A stretch of 60,000 nt of DNA from Amphiscolops sp. MND2022 (Eukaryota), in assembly GCA_964187785.1 (NCBI GenBank), contig OZ076409.1, positions 48,300,001 through 48,360,000 of the forward strand. The letters run 5' to 3'. Under the pieces are notes generated by a model that worked only from the letters and a program-made list of their open reading frames with translations, did no database searches and was not told the DNA's origin. This document shows, piece by piece, positions 33,167 to 45,519 of this stretch (positions within the stretch are counted from its first letter, which is position 1; the number at the start of each line of letters is the position of its first letter). The position numbers and the translations under genes are program-made.

Positions 33167-33649
33167 TTTCACGCGTTTTCGTAGCTCTCGTCTTCGTCGT
33201 CTTCAAATTTCAAATCAATCTGAAAAAGAAATGAGAATGAAACAATGATTTTTCCATCAAAAACGAATTGCACCAATAATGTAAAGAATGTTTGAGATTG
33301 CCATTTATAGTTTACTAGAAAGTTTAACAAAGCTTATTCTGGTCGGTGAACTTCTAAAACAAACATTGCGATGGCAGAGTTTCACCCTCTTGGCGATATT
33401 CTGATTTTCTAATATATTGTGAAGTTGTAGTCAATCAAAACAGGACGTACATTCGGCCATTACAAAATCTTGGTTATTTTTCGCCCCCGAATGTGGGATG
33501 AATATTTTTCAGCCCAAGTTTTTTTTCGATTTTGAAATTGCCACAAAATACCCAAGATATGGTATCTTCCACAAAATTTCACAAGAAAATTAGATTCGTA
33601 GCATGATTACTGATTAAGATATGACTTTTTTGAAAAATCTGAAAATTAA

Positions 33650-34239
33650 CCCCAATCGACCTGGGCGTTTTTTAAAATTTTCGAAAAATTTGCCAAAAAA
33701 ATTTCAATCATCGATATCTCCACAACTACGCGTACCAGAGGAACGAACTATAGCGCGTTTGAAAGGTCTGATATTGGGCTTTCATTTTGGTCAGGTGAGC
33801 CCCTGTCGCCGCGCGCCCTTCCTTCAGAATTTTAGTCTCTTTTTCCGGTACCGCCGCTTCGCGGCAGTTCCGCACTTCGTGCGGCCCACTGCGCGAGGGC
33901 TTGCAGTAACAACAGAATATCATTGGGGTTTGTTGCACCAGGACATGCTGTGGAACGGTATGTGGTTGGTTTTTTCTATTAATCAAAGACTTTTGAGAAA
34001 ACTGGATTTCGTCAAAAACTGAATTTTGGGAAAATATAACCATTTTTTGTGCAAAAAACCCATTTTTCTCAGCTTTGGAGATATATTCCCTTTTTCTAAT
34101 GCTTGTGCCATTCAAACCAATCTAGGTACCAATTACTTGTTGAAAAAAACCGTGCTAGAGAAAATGGGCTACTGGCAAAAGGAATCAGAATTTGGAAGAA
34201 AAGGTAGGCTGCTTTAAAGCATCACTAGGTTCATTGGGG
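33650..34239. mobile_element. piggyBac-type MITE, copy 2
   Basis: TTAA|CCCCAATCGACCTGG ... CTAGGTTCATTGGGG|TTAA. Confidence 0.87.
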
Positions 34240-36116
34240 TTAAAAAGGCCAAAAAGGTAATGATAGTTTTTTAATGGATATATTTGACCTTTTTCAGAAA
34301 AATTGAAATGAACCAAAATCTCGAATTCCTAAATTTTGGAGCTTTTTGTCCAAGTTTGACGTTTGTCATTTGCACAAGTTCATTGGCTGTGCCAGAGTGT
34401 TCGAAATACGTGGTTGCTAATAACACAGGGCAAAAATATCACTGTGCTTTTAGCGGGCATTTTGATTTTAGAAAACTTACAAAAGCTGATGCCGTCTTAA
34501 AGCAAAATGCAACAGAACTGTTATCAAGATGATCGTCAGAAAATTTCCTCCGAATACAATTAATAACCCTGAAATTGTTAGGCGAAAGGAAATTCGACAT
34601 CAAATATCAGAACTCTCAAGTTTATTGTTCCTCAATAATAAACTAATGACAATTTTCAGTTGATGTTGTCAACGAGAAGCTTCTTTTCACACACTTGAAA
34701 AAAAACCCAGAAATTTTGAGCATTGAGAGGAATTTATTGGTTCAATAATGTTTTGGGACACTTTTCATTTGTTGTTTTCTGTTTCTGAACTTCCGTAGTT
34801 CTTCAGGGCGGCCATTAGTGTTCCGATTAGTGTCTCCTATATAATTGGCGATTGTTGTGCAGAGTCGACTTACATGTATGTAGCATCGAAAAGTTGGCAA
34901 AATTATCTAGGATCTATTGGCCATGACATGGCTTGATTTTGTCCAGGTGAATATTTTCTCCATACATAGTGCCCTAAATGCAGGAACGAAGCAAATTGAC
35001 GTGCTACTACTTGATCAGCGCCAGGTTTTGATAAAGGCCGACCTGGAGGGACGCAAAGTGCCTCGGAAGGAGGAAAGCAGAGTCCTAAAACCATTTTTGG
35101 TTTCTAAATTTATAGTAAAATTAGCATTTTCGATCCTGCATAACTCGATCATAAGTGATTGGGCACTGAAAAGGCAACTCTATAATTCATCCACCACACT
35201 CTCAAGCTAAGCAACTAACTAATCGGAACTTTCAAATCAAGAACCAAGCAAATAAAACAAGGTTACTCAATTTTGTACGGAAATCTTTGCACATATCAAG
35301 AGTCATCAACTACGGATCATATTTTCCCAGAGTCACTCAGGAAAGCGTGGCCACAACAGAATATTTGTGAAATACATATCAATGATCAATAGTTCATCTG
35401 CAAGTTAATTTCCATTTCTCTCAAGTTAATAAAGTACAGATTATAACGCCAGCATTAGGATGTCAGAAATGTGAAGTTTCGATCTGATCACCTTCTTTGC
35501 TGCACGAAAGTCTTCAAGAATAGTTTTGACTGATCAACTGATTGCATCATAAACCCCATATTTGACAAACTACATCTCCAAATAAATCTCCAAAAAACTG
35601 TCCAGCATATGAGTCTTCGAATATTAAAAGTGAGAATAGAAAATTGAACAATATTTCTATCTAATTAGCAAAATTTTTATATGCTCAGAAAACAAAATTG
35701 CAAAGCATTGCGTTCAATTACATAATAATGTTTCTAAAATTTGCTTCATGGAAGAATTTACATGAACGTTCATTGGTTATATATATAATATATGATAAAA
35801 ACTTCGCTCAAATGAATATGAATTAGGGGCTGCAGCTATTTCTGGTTGCAACAATCCCAAAATATCAGTCCCAAGTCAACGGAAACTTTAGTTGTGAACG
35901 CTCACAACTTTGAACCACCTGAAGAATGCGGAGAAACAGCTCAACATTTCAAAGTTAACCAACGGACTGCGATATTTCAGGATTAAATTAGAAAATTTTA
36001 AATGAATGGCGTAACACTGAAAGAAGAGAATGATTAAAACTAGTTTTCTCATTCGCTCAAAGGATTGCGGTGAGGTTGTGAACACGAACTAACGAAGAAA
36101 CATTTTGCAATATTAC

Positions 36117-38422
36117 TCAGATGAAATGGTCAATGAAAATGTGACTGTGCTGTCTGACAAGGGTCTTCCAGTTGGCCTGTGCTTTGACTGCTTCTGAATT
36201 GCTCTTTATGAAGTCGAGAGAAGCGTTGATGAGTTCATCTGAGCAGCCGTGCATGTCTGCTATGATGAGGATCTCAGCCGCATTCTCAACAGTGATGTTG
36301 CCCTCCAAAAAGTTCTGGCACTCCAGCTTAAGACCAGGAACATCGTACTTGTTTGCTATCGTGATCAGATCCATTGCCATTCTAAACACCCACAAAAAAC
36401 CGCAATACATTTTTGCAATCATGAGAATCATCCTTTCGGGGGTTCAGTATCATTTCTGTAACAGCAGAGAATTTCCCCAAAAAATTCAAAAACTATATGT
36501 AGCATTTCATAATAAATTTTTCAGGAAAGTTAAAAACTGCTGAAATAAATCTGGTTACATAAATTTCGCTGAAATCATCCAAATCTTGAAATGCAAGCTT
36601 TGCTACAATAACCAGAGCCGCATGTGCGGTAAAGGAGTCGGCTTAGGTCTTTTTTCTTCTGACTTGCTCGAATCCCAGTCAAACGATTTAGATAAAATTA
36701 GACATATAGGACCCTAATATGGTGTAGAATGACCGTAGAAAATTTCGTTCGAATCGTATGGACAGTTTTCAAGAAATTTGAAAATCCAAAATGGCCGTTT
36801 TTCGTGCCTAACGTCCCAGAGGGAACGTTTATTTAGGCCCGATAATGAAATGTTATCTGAGGCCCGAAATATTGCGTGTGATACACAACGGCGAACTAAT
36901 TACGATAACGTAGTCAGCTATATTCACATACCCCTAGTGCCCTAAATGCAGGAGCGAAGCGAAGCGGAGCGACGTGCCATATGGCCATGCCTCAATGTTG
37001 TTACTTGGCGAAGGGAGCGAAGCGACCGAGCCATACAACAAATATGCTAACCTCTTCAAATAAATCAAGTTAAATACATATTGGCTGATATAATATTATC
37101 TGACGCTAATAGTCACTGAAATGATCGGGCCTCAAATTACAACAGCTTCGGGCCTCAATTTTTCGGGCCTCAAATATGCTACCCGTCCCAGAAATATCAA
37201 CTAGACAGCTCATGGATTTAATGAAGCTCCTCAGATATGTTGAAATACGAATCTAAAAAAAACAAACGTGCAGAAAGAATAATCACCAATCAACCCTCTC
37301 GTTTTTGCTTGTACATTTTGACTGGATACGACTGGACAATTTTATGACAATCCGAGCCGAACTTTATTAAGTATGCATTTGGTCTTTCCAATGTGGTGAT
37401 ATAAACGAACCTGTCATAGAGGACGGTGTCGAAAAGATTGCCAGTGTATAAATATTTGAGGAATATGCAGAAAGGAGCGTATTTGCAGTCGTCAATCGTC
37501 ATTGAATTGCTGGCACTCTCGGCCGTATTAGAGTGACCTAGCATTGCCTTGAACACGGGCGACCTGGCCACTAGCACCGCTTTATGGGTGGCAACTTCTC
37601 GCGAATCCACCATTATCTGCAAATTGATCAAAATACGTGTCAAGAATCACCAAACTGTAATTCTCTGGATATCCCGGGGCAGGAGCTAGGGTACGATTTT
37701 GTTTTCTAAAACTGTCTGGTTGAAAAAAGTGGTGCCCCTGCTAAAAATGGCCTCTCCAAATTTCCAGGAATTTCCAGGAAATTTGCAAAGAATTTCGATT
37801 ATTTTCTATTAAGACCAGGTGATTTAGTAATCACATTCCAAGCTGAGTTCATTTTGGACAACCCCCTATCATGAAAAATTAACTACACAAATTATTCAGC
37901 TGGAAACTTTGCCTGACCACCCTTTGAACTTTTCACTTTCAAGATGAGTGTCTTACCATCAAAACTGACAGAGTATTGCAATCGAAGTGTGCATTAAAAG
38001 AAACACGGCAATTCAGGAAGTCAACTTGCCATTTATCACGTGAACAAAATTATGAAACTGAAATGACCAACCTTGAAATCAGCACATTGTCCAGATGCGA
38101 GGAGAGCACCCCAATCATCACACAGTCTGGTGTCAACGGATGGCTTAGTTGGGGATGTGCACTCAAGTTTGGACGTTTCCGATTCGGATATAAGAATGAT
38201 TTTATGATGAACAGTCAAAATGTCGTTGGGGGAATACTTGTCTGTGTCACTTAGATATTCGTGCGACATGAACTTTTTGAAGCAAACGCCGAATTGATTA
38301 GCACCTTCGAGCCTTTTGGGTGGAGTCTTTTTGGTGAAACACAGATTGCCATCTTTGTCCACGATTGCAAGCTCAAATTTCAAAGTTTGATTGGACGAAA
38401 ATTGAACCACTTTTACAAACAC
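36117..38422 (-). CDS. MATH-BTB protein (SPOP/Roadkill/TDPOZ-like Cullin-3 adaptor), last three exons; 5' exon(s) not found
   Basis: Phase-consistent exons 38072-38422 (MATH C-terminal half, FKKFMSHEYL...NDILTV), 37411-37616 (BTB, HKAVLVARSPVFKAML...LKYLYTG) and 36117-36381 (ANKYDVPGLKLECQNFL...ITVENAAEILIIADMH). Confidence 0.85.
36821..37184. mobile_element. Merlin/Mutator-like MITE in a MATH-BTB intron
   Basis: TIRs GGGAACGTTTATTTAGGCCCG and CGGGCCTCAAATATGCTACCC, with direct repeat GTCCCAGA (8-9 bp) on both sides. Confidence 0.75.
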
Positions 38423-38769
38423 CTGAACAGAAATTTGAAAAGATCAAAATTGAAACATCGGAAATGAAACTGAGATGACTCGGTTAGAAATTATTTTAGG
38501 AAAAGCTGAAAGCCAGCGTTCCGGTGAAGAGTTGCGATTGAAGCGCAAGAGATATGTTCAAGTAGGGGAACTTCTGGTTCAAACCGAAGGAGTTCCTTTT
38601 GAAAACTTTCTAGTTTTCAGGCTCACAGAATATATATAAAAAACAATCTTTCAGTTTGGAGACACTTTGAAAATGAACTTGAGTAATACACTTGGGTACC
38701 TGGCTAAAGACAGTCGATTTGGCTAACGAAAATTTTCAAAGCGCGAAATCTTTTAATTTGTTCATTTAC

Positions 38770-39381
38770 AACAAGACGGGAACGTCTAAAGTCGGCGCTA
38801 TATCTAAGGCTCAAGAAGCGCAAAGTTTTCTAAATATGCTCAGGACGTATTCATGAAAAGCTTTGAAAACACTTTGGAGACACCCAAAGTGTGCCTTTCA
38901 TGCTCTATATGACTGGAAAATCACTGTTTCCCGACTGGGAACAAAATAAAATTTGAAAAATTTTTTTTTTGAAAAAACTTCGAAAATGTCGCATAGTGCC
39001 GAAAAATGAAAAGGGGGGACCCTTTGGGATTTATTAACATACATTTTGTTGCAAAATATCAAAAAACTCGAAGGGGGGACTCTTTTGAGACCTTAAAAAA
39101 TTTTCGAAAAAAATTTCGCACAGTGCCGAAAAAAAATTGAAAGGGGGGACCCTTTGGTCTCTTCCGGTTTTGTAGGTTACGTAAAAAAGGTAAAAAATGA
39201 AAGGGGGGACCCTTTTGCACTAATTTCCGCTGACCGGATTTGGCCTCTTATGCTAGTAGTTTCGACTGTAAGAAAAGTGGCCCAATCAGAGTGAGATTGT
39301 AGTCTGACGAAAAAAAAAAGAAAAAAAAACTAGCCACTGTAAGAGTCGGGCACTTTTCCCTAGAAAAGCGCCGACTAAAAA
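38770..39381 (+). mobile_element. Non-autonomous Helentron/DINE-1-like element
   Basis: AACAAGACGGGAACGTCTAAAGTCGGCGC ... AGTCGGGCACTTTTCCCTAGAAAAGCGCCGACTAAAAA, with central ggggggaccctt repeats. Confidence 0.82.
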
Positions 39382-40214
39382 GACCTCAGAAGTAAAAGTC
39401 ACTCAAATTTTGATCAATATTACGAAGGTAATTTTTTCTTAAATTGCAACATAATTTAAAAAATTATATCCAATGTTGTTCCGAGGAATTTTGAAAATTT
39501 TTGGAATTTATAAAGCAATATCTCAGAAACTACTGGTCAGAAGAAAAATCTCCTTAGATCATTTTTGTAGCCGTGACGTCGTTCATCTTCTATGTTTAAT
39601 AATTATTCTGAAAATGTTTTCTTGAAAAAGGAACGACAAAAAACACTTCTAACTTCGTCGAAGCAATATTTTCACGGAGTAAAAATTGAGGATTTTGCAT
39701 TTTACGGTGTAAATTTTGCGGAGGGCCTTCACAGAGGGTGTTAAATTCAAAAGTTAGAGATCTGAATCAAAGGTACAAAGTTTGTCTGAAACACTTTTTG
39801 TTGAGAACAGCGTTTCTCAAGGTATAGCATTATAAACTTCACAAAAAGTCAAAAATTAGCAAAGATTTTTGTTAACTATTAGCTTTTGTAGTTTTTGCGT
39901 GAGTTCCAAAATAAAAAATATACCACTGTAATTCTGATTGAAATTTGAAGGTTTTAGTCCAATGACTATTGTGTCTATTGATTATTTACAACTTTATTGC
40001 GATTTGAAATCAGGTGTCTTTCGCTTTTCGGTGCCTTAGTGTATCACCCTTGTTCCAAACACACCAAACACATTGACAATAAAATTTTCCGCTTGAAAAT
40101 TGCTTTCCTGTGTATTTTTGCGGTTGTGCAGTAGGATACCATACCCAGTGTAACCAGTATTTTGAAATAATAACTGCTTGCCGGAAAACGATCAGCAATA
40201 TTGTTAGCAATTTC

Positions 40215-40791
40215 CAGGGAGCGGATAAAATTGCGTTTACCATAACGCAATTTTTAACGCAATTTTGGCTTTCTATTCTCACTTTCTCACTATACTGATA
40301 GCGTTAAGTATATTTATTATTAGCTGCGTCATTCCTTTGAGGTAAATCATGCCAAAGACGAAGCAGAACGGCAATTCTTTTGTCAAAACTCTACCTACAA
40401 AGGAAGATTGGACCTCATTCTTGGAAAAAATCCCGGACTACGAAAAATGCGAGAGTATTTCCAGGCTTTGTCCCGCTTTATATTTACACTGGATGACTTG
40501 CCTCAAAATGCTCTTCTATTTCAATTTGCACCCATTGTATCAGCCGAAGTGGAACGTTTGTTTTCAAGAATGACGGCTCTGCTCTCGCCTCAAAGACTAA
40601 ATTTGAACTTTGAATAATTGAAAATGCATTTAATGGTTTTATGAAATACCAAACTCGTGAATTCAAATCTGTGAAAGATTTTTTAAGAAAAAACCATATT
40701 TTAACGCAAATTTTTACGCAATTTTAAGCACATTTTTCGCAATTAATTGCAAATTTTAACTATCTTTTTACGCAATTTTATCCGCTCCCTG
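40215..40791 (+). mobile_element. Internally deleted hAT-like transposon
   Basis: Perfect 22-bp TIRs CAGGGAGCGGATAAAATTGCGT, 8-bp TSD GCAATTTC/GTAATTTC, and residual transposase C-terminus APIVSAEVERLFS...SPQR. Confidence 0.85.
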
Positions 40792-40999
40792 GTAATTTCC
40801 TTTTCCAATGCACTCGCAATTCAAGGTTTTTGATGATAAAGTGTGGAAACTTGATGCAGCGTCATTCCAGTCAAATATAACGAACTACCAAAAAGACAAA
40901 GTTTTCTCAGTTACTTCGTTGAAATTCGTCAGTCTAATTGAGAGTAAGTCAGAGACATTGAAACAGACTAACTTTCGCTCTGTACGCGAATCTGACATA

Positions 41000-42260
41000 A
41001 AAAACGAATGGGCATTCGAGTATTTCCGTGAATATTGATTGCCCCAATCGGGTTGCTATCCCCGAGAAACTTTACAATATCAAGTTGACTGTCGCTCGTT
41101 CCAACAAACCAGCGTTAGAATTTAAAAATAAAGACCAAGTTATTGAGAACGTATGAAGAAAACTGTGAAAATGGTCGAAGTAACGACAAACAAAAAGGCG
41201 ACTAAAATTATAGATCAAATAGCACACTCAGCTCGTGAACTAAAGTTCGAGAACCTAATCCACAAACTTATGATAATCTTCTTAGAAAAAATGGAAGCTA
41301 CAAAAAAAACCAACACATTCCGATCCAAACATACTTGTGCCAATGCTGTAGTTGCCAGGGTTGGTCAAATTTTGATTTTTATTCATTTAAAACAGACAAA
41401 TCGGATTTAATTGATTTAAATCCGGATTCGTGATTTAAATCATGATTTTTCCCGACTTTTAAAAAAAGCTTGATGGACCCCAGACGCCTTACGCTTAGCG
41501 CGGTGGTGAAACAAGATGGACGATTTGGCCGATGATTGTTATCCAAAAAATGTTTAAAATTAAATCCAATTTATAATCAAATTTAATTAAAAGATGTTTT
41601 TAAGAATTATTTAGAACTTTAAACAGAAGAGAAGCTCTCAGGCGGTTTTGTTGCTTGCTGTGGATCAAACAGTGCCGGTCGGATTGGTAATTAGCGCTGG
41701 TTTGAACGGTGTGGTTTAAAACCAATTTGATTTAAATCGAATAACACCCGAAAAAATATCGATATAAATCATGATTTAAATCATTGATTTAAATCGTCGA
41801 TTTAAATCGGACAGCATTGGTAGTTGCAGTTATCGAAAAATGAGATCTGAGATTGATAATAAGGCAACGGAACAAATATGTTTTATAGATCTTCAAAAAG
41901 TATTTAATAACCTGGATGTCACTATTTTTCGGGGAAAATGAAAGATATGGCTACAGAAACCTTTTCTTGAACGATGACAAATATTCTCAGGGACAAGTGG
42001 CAGTAACATTTATGAACGGAAGTTGTTTCGACATCATCCGATATTGAACAAATTGTCAGTTGTCACGTCCAGGAATGAAAAATTGAGTTTCTTTTCATGT
42101 TGTAAAAAGAAGACCTGGACACGAATAGTGGTGGTAGTGTAACAATGTTAGCAGACCACACGACCTTCATAAAAACGCGAGAGGAAGATTTATCTAAATT
42201 GAACGAGAATTTGGTTGAAATTGGCTAGTGAGCAACAACTTGAGTTATTGCAGACAAATC
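41000..42260 (+). mobile_element. Highly decayed LINE RT fragment split by a hAT MITE
   Basis: Removing 41356-41827 restores FRSKHTCANAVVAVIEKMRSEIDNKATEQICFIDLQKVF. A motif-C-like MLADHTT lies at ~42145. Confidence 0.65.
41356..41819. mobile_element. hAT-type MITE with subterminal GATTTAAATC palindromes
   Basis: Perfect 8-bp TSD GTAGTTGC (41348-41355 and 41820-41827), CA...TG termini, and clustered GATTTAAATC near both ends. Confidence 0.82.
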
Positions 42261-42772
42261 TGAAGTACCCTACATCAGGGTCGCCACTTGGTCAGATTTT
42301 TCTGACTAGTCAGGAATGGTCAGAGAATGTCAGAAATTCAACATGGTCAGACTGACTTGCTCGTTTGTGCTCGAAAGGGTGTAAACGAGGTGTCTTTTAG
42401 TTTTACGTTCCAGCTTTTGTTACGTTTCCTTAGTTCTCTGAATGTGTGTTTGTTTGAATGGGTGTTTAAAGCTTCCAAGAAGTATAGAAGGCCCTTATCT
42501 ATGGGCTTATACTGTTGCGGGATATCCGAAGAAAGTTCGTTGTCTGTATTACCACAAATAGATGTGAAGTATGGAGTACAAGCTTTGAAACACCGTCAAT
42601 CTTCAGGAACTCATTACTCATTTTCACGCTGTTACAACACCAGGCGGGCATCGAGACATTCAGAGCAAAATTGTTTCGGTAACAGAAGCTAAAAAAGAGA
42701 AACCTGTGGGACAGTTTTTTATTGTTGGAAGCTTGTTGTAGATGGAAACAGCTTACGCTAAAGTGACTTCGC

Positions 42773-43626
42773 TTTTTAGTCGGCGCTTCATGAAGTGAAA
42801 CGCGACTATTATAGTGGCTTTTTTTTCAATCCACGCAAACTGACCAAAATAGTTCTTAAAAGTTCTACAAAATATTATTGCACCAAATTGCACTATTTGG
42901 TCTAGCGAACTGAACCAAAAAGGTTTTTCCTGTTTTCCCGCGTAACATACCATACCGGGCGAGACCAAAGGGTCCCCCTTCCAATTTTTTTCGGCACTGC
43001 GAGACTTTTTTTCCGGAAACTTTTTTTCCCCCAAAGGGCCCCCCTTCAATTTTTTTGCTGTTTTGCGACAGAATGGATGTTGGAAAATCCCAAAGGGTTC
43101 CCCCTTTCAGTTTTTTTGACACTGAGATTTTTTTCCGAAAATAAAAATTTTTCACCCTTCAATTTTTTGATGTTTTGCGACAGAATGGATGTTTTGCGAC
43201 AGAAAACCCTATCAGTTTTTCGGCATTGTGAGACTTTTTTTCTAAAATTTTTTCTCTCCAAAGGGCCCCCTTTGAATTTCTTTGATGTATTACAACAGAT
43301 TGGGTGTTGAAAAACCCTAAGGGTTCCCCTTTCAGTTTTTCGGCGTTGTGAGACTTTTATTCGAAAATTTGTTTTTTCTCCAAAGGGTTCCCCCTTCAAC
43401 TGGGACAAAAATGTTGACAATTTCGGAAGTGTCCCCCTGTTAGCGCGCCAAGGGCTCGCGCTAGCGGGCCCCGGCGCGCCACTCGGTCCATTTTTTTGCG
43501 TATGTAATTTTTTCGAAAAATTTTCGATTTTCGAGTACTGTAAAAGAGAATACTTGACACTTGGAAGTCTTTTTGCTATTTTTGAGCCTTGGATATGGCG
43601 CCAACTTGGGCCGGTCCCGGCTTGTT
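42773..43626 (-). mobile_element. Non-autonomous Helentron/DINE-1-like element, same subfamily as 6505-7401
   Basis: TTTTTAGTCGGCGC start and GCGCCAACTTGG-GCCGGTCCCGGC-TTGTT end; reverse complement of the 6505-7345 copy. Confidence 0.82.
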
Positions 43627-44099
43627 GATTAATGCAAAGGCTTTATCGTGCAAAAACCTCATCAATCTTGACCAATTGGCTGCCTATCTAAAGCCAATTT
43701 ACGATCTCACCAAACCGACCCAGAGCTTCAAAGGATCAGTTTACCAATTATTACTCCTGATTTTGAAGCTGATCTCTAAGTTGTTCTCCAGACTCGGCCA
43801 TTGTGTACTAATCGTTCCGCACTTCTACTACAAAAAAACTATTCCTCACAAAAGATTCCATTGAAGTTTATTGCAGCTAGTAACAACCTAAACTACTCAA
43901 ACATTTCAGGAAGATTCCGACAACTCAACTCACTTGAGGATAAAAAGTTCAAGCAATTGCAAAACAGTGGAACAATTTCAATGCGTTTTTGTTGAGACTT
44001 CAAAAGATTTGACAATACCTGGAGTTCAATCCCAGTTCGAAAAAAAGTATGTTCTTCACCAAACCTCGATCAATTTCGACAAAAAAACCCTCATTGCAC

Positions 44100-44560
44100 T
44101 AGAGACTTAGCACCGCTATTCAACTTATCTGCAACAGATGCCGTCAACAATTTTGCCAAGTTGCAAGTCAATGCATCAGACGCTTACACCTTAATTAGAA
44201 AAATTCACATGTGAAGCAATGCAAAACTTTGAGACTCTACAAAAACTTGTGAAGTCAATGCTCGCGCTCTACCCTCACAACATGATGGTCGAGTCGGGAT
44301 TTAGTAAAATGAAGTTTTTTGAATCCGACTATCAAGCGAATTATAACCTTCAAAAGCACAACTCATTTCGGGTTATCTCTGAGATTATAGACTTCGAACT
44401 AGTGATTGAAAATCTCTCGAGAACCAGTGATTGAAAACAAAGCTGCAAAATCATATCAGCTGAAATACAAGCACTCTTGTAAAAAAATCATAGCAAAATC
44501 ATATCAGCCGAAATACAAAGACTCTTGTAAAAAAAGCGTATATCTTGAGAATAGGCGACT
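44100..44560 (+). mobile_element. Degenerate hAT-like transposase C-terminal remnant
   Basis: LQKLVKSMLALYPHNMMVESGFSKMK resembles the hAT dimerisation motif. A ~47-bp tandem duplication lies at ~44446-44535. Confidence 0.45.
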
Positions 44561-45519
44561 ATTTACTGAACACGTCGATTATGCTGGGGAAAAACTTGAA
44601 CAAACTCAAAGTCGTGACAGGGTTTTCGCCATCTTCATTCCTGAAAGTATCTGCCCTTTTCAATCTCCCATTCGCGATATCCAACATTAACTATGGTATA
44701 CTGATCCATAATCCTGACTCTTTACATGAAACCTTACATGACAACCTCCCCGAATATATCGAAACAAAAGATTCCAAGGGCAAAAAGGTCATCTTCCACT
44801 TAAAATTTGTCGCACAATCAAAAATAACAATCAATAGAATTTCACGGAAAGCATACAATATTGTTACCGAGCTCAAATCGACGGTAATTGAATACAGAAA
44901 CATGAGTCCATTATCTACTCAAATTCTACTATACTTTCCTTTAATGTTCTGGGCAACAATCTGAGTCACTCAAAGGAAACCTATAGACTACCGAATAAAA
45001 TTCAGTAGAAACCCACTCCAGAGTTTGCTCTGAAGGGCACCGCACAGAGTCGATTATATTGGAAAAGGTCCTTCAATTACTTTCGGATCGTTAGCAAAAG
45101 TCGAAGCGAGTAATTAGTGAATTCCATTTACACATTGCACCTTATTGGTAGATATTAATAGTAAAAAAATTCAGAGGGTTTTTGCCGAATCGTTAAGAGC
45201 GTAGAAAAAGCACCAAAAAATCAAAGCAAGCAAAACCTAATTACAATCGACACTGAACGTAGTCACAACCACTCCACGAAAAAATGCAATGAAGAGCTGT
45301 CTTCCTCGTGAAAAAGTTGACAAAATCGCATCTCTTCAAGATTGTAGAAAAAAAATGAAATTCAAACAGATTCCTGGAAAAAATTCACAAATCTGAATTG
45401 TGCAAAACAATTTTCTTCAGATTTCAGAGATCACTTCCATATTCCTGGAACACAATCAGAAAAAATTAAAGGAAACCGTTATGGAAAGCATATATCTGGC
45501 TCAACAACTGGTTAAAACT

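Noticed and set aside
42753..43420. Overlapping 77-124 aa ORFs (also 6670-7350, 30830-31123, 33621-34115)
   Set aside because: They lie inside non-autonomous repeats and frames differ between copies.
43650..45200. ORFs of 64-139 aa and an RT-like CVFV-DFK hint near 43985
   Set aside because: Too degraded to assign; no supported gene structure.
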